Shown here one piece after another: positions 40,965-50,270 of a DNA stretch of 64,000 nucleotides. Source of the DNA: an uncultured bacterium (GTDB taxonomy: Bacteria > Verrucomicrobiota > Lentisphaeria > Victivallales > UBA1829); assembly GCA_949297765.1 (NCBI GenBank), contig CASFTV010000004.1:85115-149114 (forward strand), in the 5' to 3' direction. Both the position numbers and the translations under genes were made by a program. Numbering within the stretch: the first letter of the stretch is position 1; every line of letters begins with the position of its first letter. The notes under the pieces are model-generated. The model searched no databases. It saw only the letters and a program-made list of their open reading frames with translations, and was not told the origin of the DNA.

Positions 40965-42481
40965 AACGGTTTCTGAATCTTTTTTTTCTGATCGGCATCT
41001 GCGGTCTTTGCCGTGCGCAGCTTCCGCCGGAGCTGTCCGCTCCGGAGCACTGGCAGCTGGACCGCGGAGTGGTTCATCGGAAGACGGACGGCAAAGACCG
41101 GATCGTTCTGGACGTGAAGGAAACGGAAAAGGCGGGACGTCACTATGCGGAGATTCCGATCAATCTTTCCGCCCATGCGGGGAAATACACAACCTTTTCC
41201 ATCCGCATGCGCAGCCGGGGATGGAAAAAGGACAAAAAGGAGCCCGCCCGGCGGGGAATCCGGTTCATGGTCAGCTACAGACATCCGGAGACCGGCAAAA
41301 CGGTCTGGCACCACTCATGGGACTCCTGGGACACAGTCGATTGGGAAAAATACTCCGGTCAGAAACCGGAGGAATGGAAGGAGATCAGTTTCTTCTCCCG
41401 TCTGGATCCGGGAATCTCCGATGCGCGGCTTTTTCTCGGAACGGAGAACAATTCCGGAACTGCGGAATTTGATCTTGCGTCGTTTCATGTCCGTCAGGTC
41501 TTCCGCGCGGATGCTTCGGATCACATCTGCGCATATTCGGAACGTGTCCGGAACACTCCGGTTCTGCGCGGCGTGAACGGCTCCCCCCATCCGATGAAGG
41601 AAGAGGACATCAAAACTCTTCACGCATGGAACGTGAACGCGCTCCGCTACTGGATTTCAGCCTATGCGTGGGAATTCAGCGGAAAGGATCTCCGGGAGCT
41701 GGAGAACCGGATTGAAAAGCGTCTGGAGAATCTGGATCGGATTGCGCCGCTCGCGGAAAAATACGGGATCCGGCTGATTCTCTGTTACGGTCTTCCTCCC
41801 GGCGGACGGCGCTCCGATGCGACACTGGAAATGCAGCATCGTCCGGAACTGGCGGAGTTCTATGTGAAAATGTGGGAGAAGATTGCCCGGCACTGCAGGG
41901 GGAACTCCGCGATCTGGGCATACGATCTGATCAACGAACCGCAGCAGACGACGGAACTTCCGATCAGCTATCTGGATCTTCAGAAACGGGCGGCGGAAGC
42001 GATCCGGCGGATTGATCCGGAGATCCCTCTGATTGTGGAATCCAATCTTCTCGCCTCTCCGGAGATGTTCCGTTTTCTGGAACCGCTGAAGATGAAGAAT
42101 GTGATCTATCAGGCGCACATGTATGTGCCGGCGGAGTTCACCCATTCCACGCTGGCCCCCTATCCGGGGAACATCCGGGGGAAGCAATGGGACAAACAGG
42201 CGCTGCGGGAGGTCCTGCAGCCGGTCCTGGATTTCCAGAAGCGCCACAAAGCCCGGATCTACATCGGAGAATTCTCCGCCCGGGCGCGAGGGATTGGAAC
42301 GGAACACTACCTGCGCGACTGCATCGACCTGTTCGAAGAGTACGGCTGGGACTGGACCTATCACTCCTTCCGCGAGGCGCCGACCTGGGATGTGGAAAAG
42401 GAGTGGAACGGGAAGACTCACGTCCCCTCCGCGGACAATCCCCGGAAACGGGTCCTTCTGGACGCCCTGAAGCGGAACTGA
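40961..42481 (+). CDS. Secreted GH5 (cellulase-family) glycoside hydrolase with an N-terminal beta-sandwich
   Basis: Signal peptide MKRFLNLFFLIGICGLCRAQ. Motifs: WNVNALRYWIS, AIWAYDLINEPQQ (acid/base), ARIYIGEFSA (nucleophile). The start overlaps the upstream stop (ATGA). Confidence 0.8.
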   Translation: MKRFLNLFFLIGICGLCRAQLPPELSAPEHWQLDRGVVHRKTDGKDRIVLDVKETEKAGRHYAEIPINLSAHAGKYTTFSIRMRSRGWKKDKKEPARRGIRFMVSYRHPETGKTVWHHSWDSWDTVDWEKYSGQKPEEWKEISFFSRLDPGISDARLFLGTENNSGTAEFDLASFHVRQVFRADASDHICAYSERVRNTPVLRGVNGSPHPMKEEDIKTLHAWNVNALRYWISAYAWEFSGKDLRELENRIEKRLENLDRIAPLAEKYGIRLILCYGLPPGGRRSDATLEMQHRPELAEFYVKMWEKIARHCRGNSAIWAYDLINEPQQTTELPISYLDLQKRAAEAIRRIDPEIPLIVESNLLASPEMFRFLEPLKMKNVIYQAHMYVPAEFTHSTLAPYPGNIRGKQWDKQALREVLQPVLDFQKRHKARIYIGEFSARARGIGTEHYLRDCIDLFEEYGWDWTYHSFREAPTWDVEKEWNGKTHVPSADNPRKRVLLDALKRN

Positions 42482-42529
42482 GGAGGGAAACAGAAGCCCT
42501 TCGGCATCCGCCCTCCCCTCGCGCGGACC

Positions 42530-44962
42530 TCATTCGGAGAGGAACTGCCGGAAACGCTCCAGTGTAGCGGGACTGGTCAGCTCGTCGATGGAGAGGAATT
42601 TCATCCAGTCCAGAAACGCCCGGCTGAAACTGGCGGGAGCGGGAAAGACCTCCGGCGCGCGGAAACGTTCGTCGCGGAAATAGACGGGAGACGCGGCGGA
42701 ACGGATCCGGTTCGCCCGGCCCTTCTCCCGGAGTTCCGCCAGATACCAGCAGAGTTCCCGTTCCTCGATTTCAAACTCGAAGATCTGTTTTCCGCTGTCG
42801 GGAACCCGTCCGGAGAAGGTGCGGACCGGCTGTCCGTTCCGGATCAGTTTCAGATCCATCTCTTTTCCGGGACGCTCATAGACCGTCAGCCGGCCGCGGC
42901 GGAGCGATCCGTCCGGGCGGAGGATGTCGCCGCTGGTGTGTCCGTCGATTTCGAGCAGAACGACCGCGCCGTCCCAGCTGACCACCGTGCGGCGTTCGCG
43001 GAACCCCTGCAGCAGAGCCGGTTCCGTCAGAGACTCCATCCGGACGAAGGTTGCCCCGCGTCCGTCGCCGGGCGTCCGTCCGACATCAAAGGCGGAGTCG
43101 CTAGTTGCACAGCATCCGATCCGGTAACCGAGATTCAGGAGCATGTGCCAGAACTCCGATGCGCCCGGGGTATTGTCGTTGTAAAACAGATCCAGGCACG
43201 GTGTCATTTCGGGAGCGCAGAGCAGCCAGAGGAACACCTCTTTTCCGGTCATCCAGGAGTAGGGACGCCCGTTCTCCTCGCGGATGATGTCGTTGTAGAG
43301 CGGGTGGACCGGAATGGCGACCCCGCCGCGCGCGGCGATGAACTGACGCGCCAGTTCAAAATTGGTCACGCCGTCTGTATCGGTCAGCAGGGAGATCGGC
43401 TCCACGCCGAGGTTGCCGACATGGCCGCGCCAGTTTTTCGGAAATTCGGAATTGAGACGCAGCAGGAAATGATCGTCGGAAAGCCGTTCCGCGAGACGCT
43501 TGTAATCGGTGACGTCCCCGTCATTGGCGAAGCGGGACGAACACCAGAGCCAGTCGTAATGCTCCGCCCGGGCCGCGAAAGCGAAGAGCGGCAGATTTCC
43601 GCGGTAGATGTTCTCTCCGTGAATCAGATGCGCATGGAAATCCCCTTTGAACCATCCCATTTCCCGCAGTTCGGGATGGTACGGTTCAATTTTGACTTCC
43701 GGTGTTCCCGCGGCGGAGAAGGCATAGGGACCGCGTGTCCAGAAACGGGTGGATTTCTCATGCCACATGGGTTTGTCGACCACCGCCCCGCCGAACGGAG
43801 TTCCGGCAAGATCGAACCAGCGGACCGGTGTTCCGGAATCGGTGATTCTGAGCGTGGCAAAGCCGCCGCACTCCCCCCGCACGAGATGGCGTTCCGGAGC
43901 ATCCCGCATTGTGATCGCGACATCGGAAACCGGTGCACGGAGATTTGGAACAACCGTATCCGCTTTCCCTTCGGCAACCGCCTTCAGCGAATAGATCCCC
44001 GGCGCGGCAACCGTCAGGGAGAATCTTCCGTCCGGCGCGGTCTCCGTCTGCTCTCCGGTATCCGCCATCACGATGCTTCCGGGAGGCGCAAATCCGCGGA
44101 TGCGGGCGGAGCCGCTTTCGAACGGGAAGGTGAAATTTGTTTCTTCGCCGATTCCCTCCAGTTCGATCCGGTCCCTCCAGATCCGGACAACCGATGCGGT
44201 CGGCACCGAGGAATTGCAGACGGCGCGAACGGTTTTGTGCAGAACGCCGTTCCGCAGCGCAATTCCGCCGGGATGATAGTGTCCGGAAAACCAGCCGCGG
44301 ACATGATCGTATGCGTCGAGGAGTTCGAGCAGCTCCTGATGGTCCCACATGCGGGCGTTTTCGCCGCTTGCGTCGAGCCAGAGGGGAACATGGCAGAGGA
44401 TCACGGCAAGTTCTCCGGCGGAGCGGCTCTCGTCAAGTTTCTGTTTCAGGTATTCTCTGGAATTCTGCGACAGCATTCCGTCCCACTCCCGCAGTTCGAG
44501 CCACGGATGCGCGGCCCGGAACTCGGCGGCGAGTCTGCGCCGTTCCGATCCGGGCGGCGAAAATCGGCTTACATCTAGTCCGTTCAGGACAATGAACCGC
44601 ACCGTTCCGACGGAAAAATCATAAAACATGCTGTTGAGACCGAACAGGTTCAGCAGCTCGCCTTCGGAATACTGCACATAGTCGTGGTTGCCGACGACAT
44701 GGCGGACCGGAACAGCCGCCTGTCTGAGATTGTCCAGCATCAGCGGAATCTCCTCCCGGGAGAATCCGTCGCCGAGATCGCCGAGACTGACGATGAAATC
44801 AAGATCTTTGATTCCGTTCAGCGCCAGCACGGTCTCCCGATGCAGACGATGTCCGTACCGGTAGTTGCGTTCTCCGCTCGGTTCGCGGTCCGCGTACTGC
44901 GGATCGCCGATCAAAGCAAATGTGACAAGCGGTGTTTCTGTTCCATCCATATCAGTACTCAA
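42530..44962 (-). CDS. Fusion protein: calcineurin-like metallophosphoesterase, CarboxypepD_reg-like beta-sandwich, CehA/McbA-type PHP metallohydrolase
   Basis: N-terminal FALIGDPQYAD...SLGDLGDG...VVGNHDY...GHYHPG. Middle FSLTVAAPGIYSLKAVAEGKADT. C-terminal WFKGDFHAHLIHGEN. No signal peptide. Overlaps the upstream GH gene by 11 nt. Confidence 0.7.
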   Translation of the reverse strand: MSTDMDGTETPLVTFALIGDPQYADREPSGERNYRYGHRLHRETVLALNGIKDLDFIVSLGDLGDGFSREEIPLMLDNLRQAAVPVRHVVGNHDYVQYSEGELLNLFGLNSMFYDFSVGTVRFIVLNGLDVSRFSPPGSERRRLAAEFRAAHPWLELREWDGMLSQNSREYLKQKLDESRSAGELAVILCHVPLWLDASGENARMWDHQELLELLDAYDHVRGWFSGHYHPGGIALRNGVLHKTVRAVCNSSVPTASVVRIWRDRIELEGIGEETNFTFPFESGSARIRGFAPPGSIVMADTGEQTETAPDGRFSLTVAAPGIYSLKAVAEGKADTVVPNLRAPVSDVAITMRDAPERHLVRGECGGFATLRITDSGTPVRWFDLAGTPFGGAVVDKPMWHEKSTRFWTRGPYAFSAAGTPEVKIEPYHPELREMGWFKGDFHAHLIHGENIYRGNLPLFAFAARAEHYDWLWCSSRFANDGDVTDYKRLAERLSDDHFLLRLNSEFPKNWRGHVGNLGVEPISLLTDTDGVTNFELARQFIAARGGVAIPVHPLYNDIIREENGRPYSWMTGKEVFLWLLCAPEMTPCLDLFYNDNTPGASEFWHMLLNLGYRIGCCATSDSAFDVGRTPGDGRGATFVRMESLTEPALLQGFRERRTVVSWDGAVVLLEIDGHTSGDILRPDGSLRRGRLTVYERPGKEMDLKLIRNGQPVRTFSGRVPDSGKQIFEFEIEERELCWYLAELREKGRANRIRSAASPVYFRDERFRAPEVFPAPASFSRAFLDWMKFLSIDELTSPATLERFRQFLSE

Positions 44963-47900
44963 GCTCCAGATTCCGGATCAGCAGCCCGGCGGAAGGACTC
45001 CCGATCAACTGTAAATAGAGATCCTGTGCATCATTCAGCGCCGTCCGGTCCGCGTCTCCTTCCGCCAGAGGGACTCGAACCGTCTGCCACTCCGGCCCCG
45101 GCCGGGCATTCCGGAGGATCGAATAGCGCTCTCCGCCGAAGCGGATCTGAACGCCGCGGGATTCCTGTCCCGCGTTTCCCCAGAGATCCTTCCCCAGTTT
45201 CCATTCGAATTTCAGAACCGGTTTTCCGGCCTTCCGGAATCCGGGCAGATCGCCGAGTTTCTGTTTCCCGATGACACGGATTCCGCACCATCCGTTCGTG
45301 TTCTGGGAGATCCGGCTTTCGATCACGCCGTTTTTCAAGGCGACCTCCAGACCGTTCCATCCGTGGACGCTGCGGATTCCGCCGCCGAACGGGACGGACC
45401 TTTCCTCCTCCGCCCGTTCCACCGTGATTGCGATCACGATCGGGATGGTCTTCCCGGAATGGGAGCGGATCGAAATGGAGAGGATTTCATCCTCGGGATC
45501 GGGATTTTCCCAGCGCCAGCAGTGGAAGCCCCGTCCGGAGCTGTTTTTCCATGCGAGGCGGACCTCCGGAGCGATTCGCTTATCGGCGAAGAACCAGTCG
45601 GAAATATTCTTTTTCCCGATCACGGGCAGTTCCACGGTTTTTCCCGATTTGCAGTGCAGAAGGTAGCTCATGACCGTTTCATCCGGCGCGGTCCATGCGG
45701 AGGTGTGGAAGAAATAGATTGCACGGACCTTTTCATGCACGTCGATCCCATGGATTTCCTTTGCGCCGAAACCGGGTTTCGCCGATGTGGAATCCATGAC
45801 GATGCAGGTTCGCTCGTCATTCATATCCCAGCGGATGATGTCGCAGGGGACGTTCAGGAAATTCTGGATTCCGAACGGCACGCCGAGCAGACTGGTGGAC
45901 GCGCCCTGATCGCTCCATCCGCCCTTCCCGTCTCCGGCGGCGCGGTCGATGAAGTGACGGTTGGCGACTTGCCGCAGGTCGAGAGTCTTCATTGCGGATG
46001 CGCGAACGGAATAGCCGTTGTCGGAAACCTTTTTCCGTTCCGGTTTCGGAAGAGTCTCAAAGAAGCGGCGCATCTCCGCCTCATCCAGCGGTTTCAGGCC
46101 GGGATACGTTTTCTCCACCCGGTCCGGCGGACCGAAAACAAGAGCCTGTGTGGTCAGCGCGGGCAGAGCCAGAAGCACGGAACCATCCTTCCGGATCTCC
46201 AGTTTTTTCCCGTCGAACGGAGTGACCGCGCACATTCCGGCCTTCCAGTCGCGGAGGGAGACCCGGAGGAGTTTCGGATAGCGGTCATGATTCAGGAGCA
46301 TGATTCCGGTCATGCCGTTCCGTACTGCGGTGACCGCTTCGATATTGGAGGCCAGTTCCCCGCTCCCTTCCGTCCGGATTTCGCACTCGGGCCGGATTCC
46401 GAGCTCGGCAAAGATTCCGCCGAGCACGGAGGCCAGCGAGTAGTCCTGCAGATTGGCTCCGATGAAGTAGATGCATCCTTTCCCGAGTTTTTTCCGATAC
46501 ATGACATTGCCGATTTTCTCCCAGTTTTCGGCGCCGGAAACCGAGCAGTGATTGTATCCGCGCAGAGTTCCGGGGATTTCGGGAAGCCGCCGTCCATCCC
46601 AGCGGATGGCGGACGAATCCGGTTTTCCGGTTTTGAAATCGAAGATCTGTGTTTTGTTGCGATGCCCGTACTCATTGTCGGAGAGGGTGTCCAGCAGAGC
46701 GATGAAGGTTCCGCCGCGGCGCCCCCAGTCCAGCAGGATGGGATTTGTCGTGTCGTATGTGTTTTTGACGCCGGGAGCGAGGATGACGCGGTAACGGTCG
46801 GCGCGTTTCTGTTCGAGCTGTTCTTCGAGGATGGCATCCCACGGGAAATGGGAGAAGGTCAGTCCGCCCGCGACGGAATTCATAGAGGAGGAGGAGAGAT
46901 TTCCCGTCACCCCGGAGAAGCGCTCGGTCGGATACGAGACCAGAACCGCGATTTCCCGTTTCACATTGCGGTTGCGCGGAACGAAAATCTCTTCGACGCT
47001 TGTGATCTCCCGTTTTGCCTTCATGATGTCGAGGAAGCGTTCCGCGGGAAGCGCATAGGGATTCAGGATCTGCCAGGAGACCCGTTCCGCGACCTGCCTC
47101 CCCTGTTCGGGAGTCCGCCACTGCCACGCGCGTTTTCCCCACTCGAACACGGTGATATTGGAAAGGCCGCGCATCATTCCCTGATAGAATCTGAAACTGC
47201 CTTTTCCGAGATAAAATTCATCGCCGTGAAGCGGTTTTCCGTCCGCGAGCGCGCGGTGGAATGCGGCCTGCATCATCGTCATCTGCGCATTGAGGGAGGG
47301 GATCGTCAGAATTACCCGGGACGGAGCCTCCATCCCGTCGGCGACGGATGTGCAGTCCCCGGTCGGCACCGAGATCGCCCCCATGAAACGATTGATCTTC
47401 CAGAGATTGGTTTTTGTATCGGGCAGAGTCCGGAAATAGTTGGATCCCCGCGCCTGAAGACATGGCAGGGTTCCGGGAGAGATCGAGCGCACAAGCTCCG
47501 CCCCTTCGCGGCAGAGATCGGCAACCCCCTCTTCAATGAATTTCGACCAGTCCACATACAGTCCCGGGCACTCATTTTCGCGCAGGAAATCCGCGGCCGC
47601 CTCGAACGTCGCGTAAGAACTGTTCCAGTTTTCATTCATCTTCGCGACCGTTCCATAGTTTTTTTTGAGCCGGCGGGCAAAGAGCTCCCGGTTGTAGCGC
47701 GACTCCGGATCGTTGTAGGAAGGCTCGTTGAACAGCTCGATGCGAAAAACATTCGCCCCGTTTTTCCGTGCGAACTCCAGGCTTCTGCGCCAGTGCTCCC
47801 GGTAGAGCGCGCGTCCCGCCGGATGAAACACGGAATACGGCACCCAGTGCGTCCCATGCCGTCCTTCGAATGGATTGATTGCATCGGCAGGCAGTTTTTC

Positions 47901-48380
47901 CCGATAGGGGGAAAGACGCGCCATCCCCGCCTCCCACGGGGCGAATCCGCCGACATCCAGATGAACGGGCAGTCCCGTTCTGTAATACAATTCAATCCCG
48001 GACCAGTCGATCTTCCGCTTCGCATCCATCTCCATCAGCCAGGAGGGACAGCCGTTGACGCTGATCAGATCGAATCCGAGGCGATGCATCGCCTCCCGGT
48101 TCATCGGCACCTCATACAGCCATTTCAATGACTCCGGATATCCGCTGCGCGGCTGGAGATCCTTATACGGCGATCCGGAGACCATCTTCACCCCGATCAG
48201 ATAACGGATTTTCCCATTCACCAGCAGATTTCCATCCGCATCCACCGACAGCTTTGCTCCGACGGGCATTTTCAAGCGGTCCGGCACATCCTTTGCCTCC
48301 GGAAACACCGTCTCGCCGAATGCCGGAAACGTCAGAGCCAGAACGGTGCAGCACCATAAAACATTTCGATTCATCAACAA
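44952..48380 (-). CDS. Secreted 1142-aa GH42-like glycoside hydrolase with a C-terminal GDGKGGWSDQG module
   Basis: Signal peptide MLMNRNVLWCCTVLALTFPAFGE. Motifs: ANVFRIELFNEPSYND, KKNYGTVAKMNENWNSSYATFEAAADF (GH42-like), YRVILAPGVKNTYD (middle-domain-like). Confidence 0.7.
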   Translation of the reverse strand: MLMNRNVLWCCTVLALTFPAFGETVFPEAKDVPDRLKMPVGAKLSVDADGNLLVNGKIRYLIGVKMVSGSPYKDLQPRSGYPESLKWLYEVPMNREAMHRLGFDLISVNGCPSWLMEMDAKRKIDWSGIELYYRTGLPVHLDVGGFAPWEAGMARLSPYREKLPADAINPFEGRHGTHWVPYSVFHPAGRALYREHWRRSLEFARKNGANVFRIELFNEPSYNDPESRYNRELFARRLKKNYGTVAKMNENWNSSYATFEAAADFLRENECPGLYVDWSKFIEEGVADLCREGAELVRSISPGTLPCLQARGSNYFRTLPDTKTNLWKINRFMGAISVPTGDCTSVADGMEAPSRVILTIPSLNAQMTMMQAAFHRALADGKPLHGDEFYLGKGSFRFYQGMMRGLSNITVFEWGKRAWQWRTPEQGRQVAERVSWQILNPYALPAERFLDIMKAKREITSVEEIFVPRNRNVKREIAVLVSYPTERFSGVTGNLSSSSMNSVAGGLTFSHFPWDAILEEQLEQKRADRYRVILAPGVKNTYDTTNPILLDWGRRGGTFIALLDTLSDNEYGHRNKTQIFDFKTGKPDSSAIRWDGRRLPEIPGTLRGYNHCSVSGAENWEKIGNVMYRKKLGKGCIYFIGANLQDYSLASVLGGIFAELGIRPECEIRTEGSGELASNIEAVTAVRNGMTGIMLLNHDRYPKLLRVSLRDWKAGMCAVTPFDGKKLEIRKDGSVLLALPALTTQALVFGPPDRVEKTYPGLKPLDEAEMRRFFETLPKPERKKVSDNGYSVRASAMKTLDLRQVANRHFIDRAAGDGKGGWSDQGASTSLLGVPFGIQNFLNVPCDIIRWDMNDERTCIVMDSTSAKPGFGAKEIHGIDVHEKVRAIYFFHTSAWTAPDETVMSYLLHCKSGKTVELPVIGKKNISDWFFADKRIAPEVRLAWKNSSGRGFHCWRWENPDPEDEILSISIRSHSGKTIPIVIAITVERAEEERSVPFGGGIRSVHGWNGLEVALKNGVIESRISQNTNGWCGIRVIGKQKLGDLPGFRKAGKPVLKFEWKLGKDLWGNAGQESRGVQIRFGGERYSILRNARPGPEWQTVRVPLAEGDADRTALNDAQDLYLQLIGSPSAGLLIRNLELEY

Positions 48381-48438
48381 AAACTTCCTCTATTTTCCAT
48401 TTTTTCAACAAAGACTTTCATTTTTCAGGCGCATACAC

Positions 48439-49209
48439 TCATCGGGAATGGAACTGCCCCCAGAATTCGCTCATAGGATTCTCCATATCCGGACGCCTGC
48501 CGAGCTGTTCCACATGGAAATCCAGAAAGAGAAAATTGCTCCGGTTCTGATGACGGATCCAGTCCAGATAAGGATATTCCAGATGATCCGCCCTGTGGTT
48601 GTAGGTCACAAGCCCCTCTCCGATGAACATTCGTTTGGAAGGCTGACGGATTCTTTTGATATTGTATGACCATCCCCCCGACGGCCCGACTTTGCTTCCA
48701 TTTCCGCCTCCATAAAATTTGCTGCGGAGATAATGTCCGGTTCCCTTGTTTTTCACCATCTGCGACGGACAGGCAAACGGGGAGCGCGGCGCAATGATGT
48801 CTCCGGTTCTGTCCGCGTCATTCTGCGTATAAAATGCGATCTTCTGCTTCTGAATGGGATAGAGTCCCATGGAGAAATAAAGCAGATCCTGCCATGACGC
48901 ATAAATATCCACTCCGCTTGTCATTGCATCCAGGTTCAGCGGGGTGTTGTCGTCCGAGTTGTTGAGGTACATCGCCCAGACCTTCCCGATCTGCGAAAGA
49001 TTGCTGATACAGGAAATTGTCCGCGCCTTGCTCCTTGCCTTTCCCAGAGCCGGAAGCAGAAGCGCGGCAAGGATCGCAACAATCGCAATCACGACAAGAA
49101 GCTCTATCAAAGTAAATTTAACACGTTTGTTCCATCCGGATTTTCCGCAGCAGAACATGGTGCATCTTTGACCGGATGTCTTGTTTTTGCGCAGGGCGAC
49201 CGGGATCAT
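48439..49209 (-). CDS. Pilin-like protein, prepilin-type N-terminus plus H-X9-D(F)H variant motif (P5)
   Basis: GGAGG sits 7 nt upstream of the ATG at 49209. A 31-aa leader precedes [45 protein letters not shown]-terminal [14 protein letters not shown]. An alternative start is at 49158. Confidence 0.82.
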   Translation of the reverse strand: MIPVALRKNKTSGQRCTMFCCGKSGWNKRVKFTLIELLVVIAIVAILAALLLPALGKARSKARTISCISNLSQIGKVWAMYLNNSDDNTPLNLDAMTSGVDIYASWQDLLYFSMGLYPIQKQKIAFYTQNDADRTGDIIAPRSPFACPSQMVKNKGTGHYLRSKFYGGGNGSKVGPSGGWSYNIKRIRQPSKRMFIGEGLVTYNHRADHLEYPYLDWIRHQNRSNFLFLDFHVEQLGRRPDMENPMSEFWGQFHSR

Positions 49210-49228
49210 TTTATTTTACCTCCTCATT

Positions 49229-50215
49229 TTACGATTTTTTTCGTCCGCCGCAGGTTCCAAGATAGGGAACATAAATATTTTCCTCCGCCTCTCCATGCGG
49301 TCTTTGAATGAGCTTCACGAGCTCCCGGATCCGGCCGAGCTCATTTTCCACCAGCACCCTGAGACAAACCGGCGGGACCGGGTGCATGGCGTAGGAGTGC
49401 AGAAGCACGACACGGTTCTCCATCACAAACACCCCGCCCTCCTGAGCGATCATTTCCTCCAGGCGGGCGGACTCTCCCAGGACCCAGCCGTCATACATGC
49501 CGGAAGCGAGCATTCGTTTGAATTCGGACAAATCGCCGAAGCTGTCGCTGACCGCATCCTTTGCCGGATCGAAACCGGGAAAGATTTTCCGGATGCCGCG
49601 AATGATTTTTGCGGAACGCGAATAGATTTTTTCCAGATTCTCCGGATGAGCCTGCGCGCCCATTGCGGCAAAAAGAGCGACTCTGCGCACGCCGTGTTTC
49701 CGCAGAGTTTCCGCGGCTTCCCGTCCGGCGGAGAAGTGATCGCTCATCACCAGCGGACACGGACTGTCATTCGTTTCTCCGATTCCGACCACCCGGATGC
49801 CGGCGTCTTTCAATTTTTTCACATCCTCCCGGAGACGATCGCTGAATCCATTCAGCACAACCAGCGCAGGACGCTCCTCCAGACAGCGCCGGAGCGATTC
49901 CGAACGATGCCCGAGCCGGAGAGTCGAATGAAATCCGGCATGATGAAGCTCCGTCAGCAACAGTTTCAGCTCCCGGGTGCTATCCTGCTGATCCAGCAGA
50001 TTCAAACTTGCGACAACCACCACCTCCGGATTCAGTCGGCTCTGAATCTTCTCGGAAAGTTTTCGCGGTTCCCAGCCGATATCTTCCAGATACTCCCGGA
50101 TTTTTCTCCGCAGCTCCGGACTCACATAGGAATTTCCGTTGATCGCACGGGAAACGGTCGCCATGCTGACTCCGCAGTGTTCCGCAATTTCCCGGACTGT
50201 GATTTTCCGATCCAT
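49229..50215 (-). CDS. LacI family transcriptional regulator (operon E)
   Basis: HTH MDRKITVREIAEHCGVSMATVSRAINGN. ORF-track start 50230 is possible, but 50215 fits the usual LacI N-terminus and the promoter position. Confidence 0.85.
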   Translation of the reverse strand: MDRKITVREIAEHCGVSMATVSRAINGNSYVSPELRRKIREYLEDIGWEPRKLSEKIQSRLNPEVVVVASLNLLDQQDSTRELKLLLTELHHAGFHSTLRLGHRSESLRRCLEERPALVVLNGFSDRLREDVKKLKDAGIRVVGIGETNDSPCPLVMSDHFSAGREAAETLRKHGVRRVALFAAMGAQAHPENLEKIYSRSAKIIRGIRKIFPGFDPAKDAVSDSFGDLSEFKRMLASGMYDGWVLGESARLEEMIAQEGGVFVMENRVVLLHSYAMHPVPPVCLRVLVENELGRIRELVKLIQRPHGEAEENIYVPYLGTCGGRKKS

Positions 50216-50241
50216 CCCATTCTCTCCCATTTTTCAATATT

Positions 50242-50270
50242 ATTATACGCCGGAAAGGAAAAAAAGTCAA
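50242..50270 (-). promoter_or_regulatory. Sigma70 promoter TTGACT-17-TATAAT for operon E
   Basis: The minus strand reads TTGACT (50270..50265), a 17-nt spacer and TATAAT (50247..50242), directly upstream of the LacI start. Confidence 0.5.
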
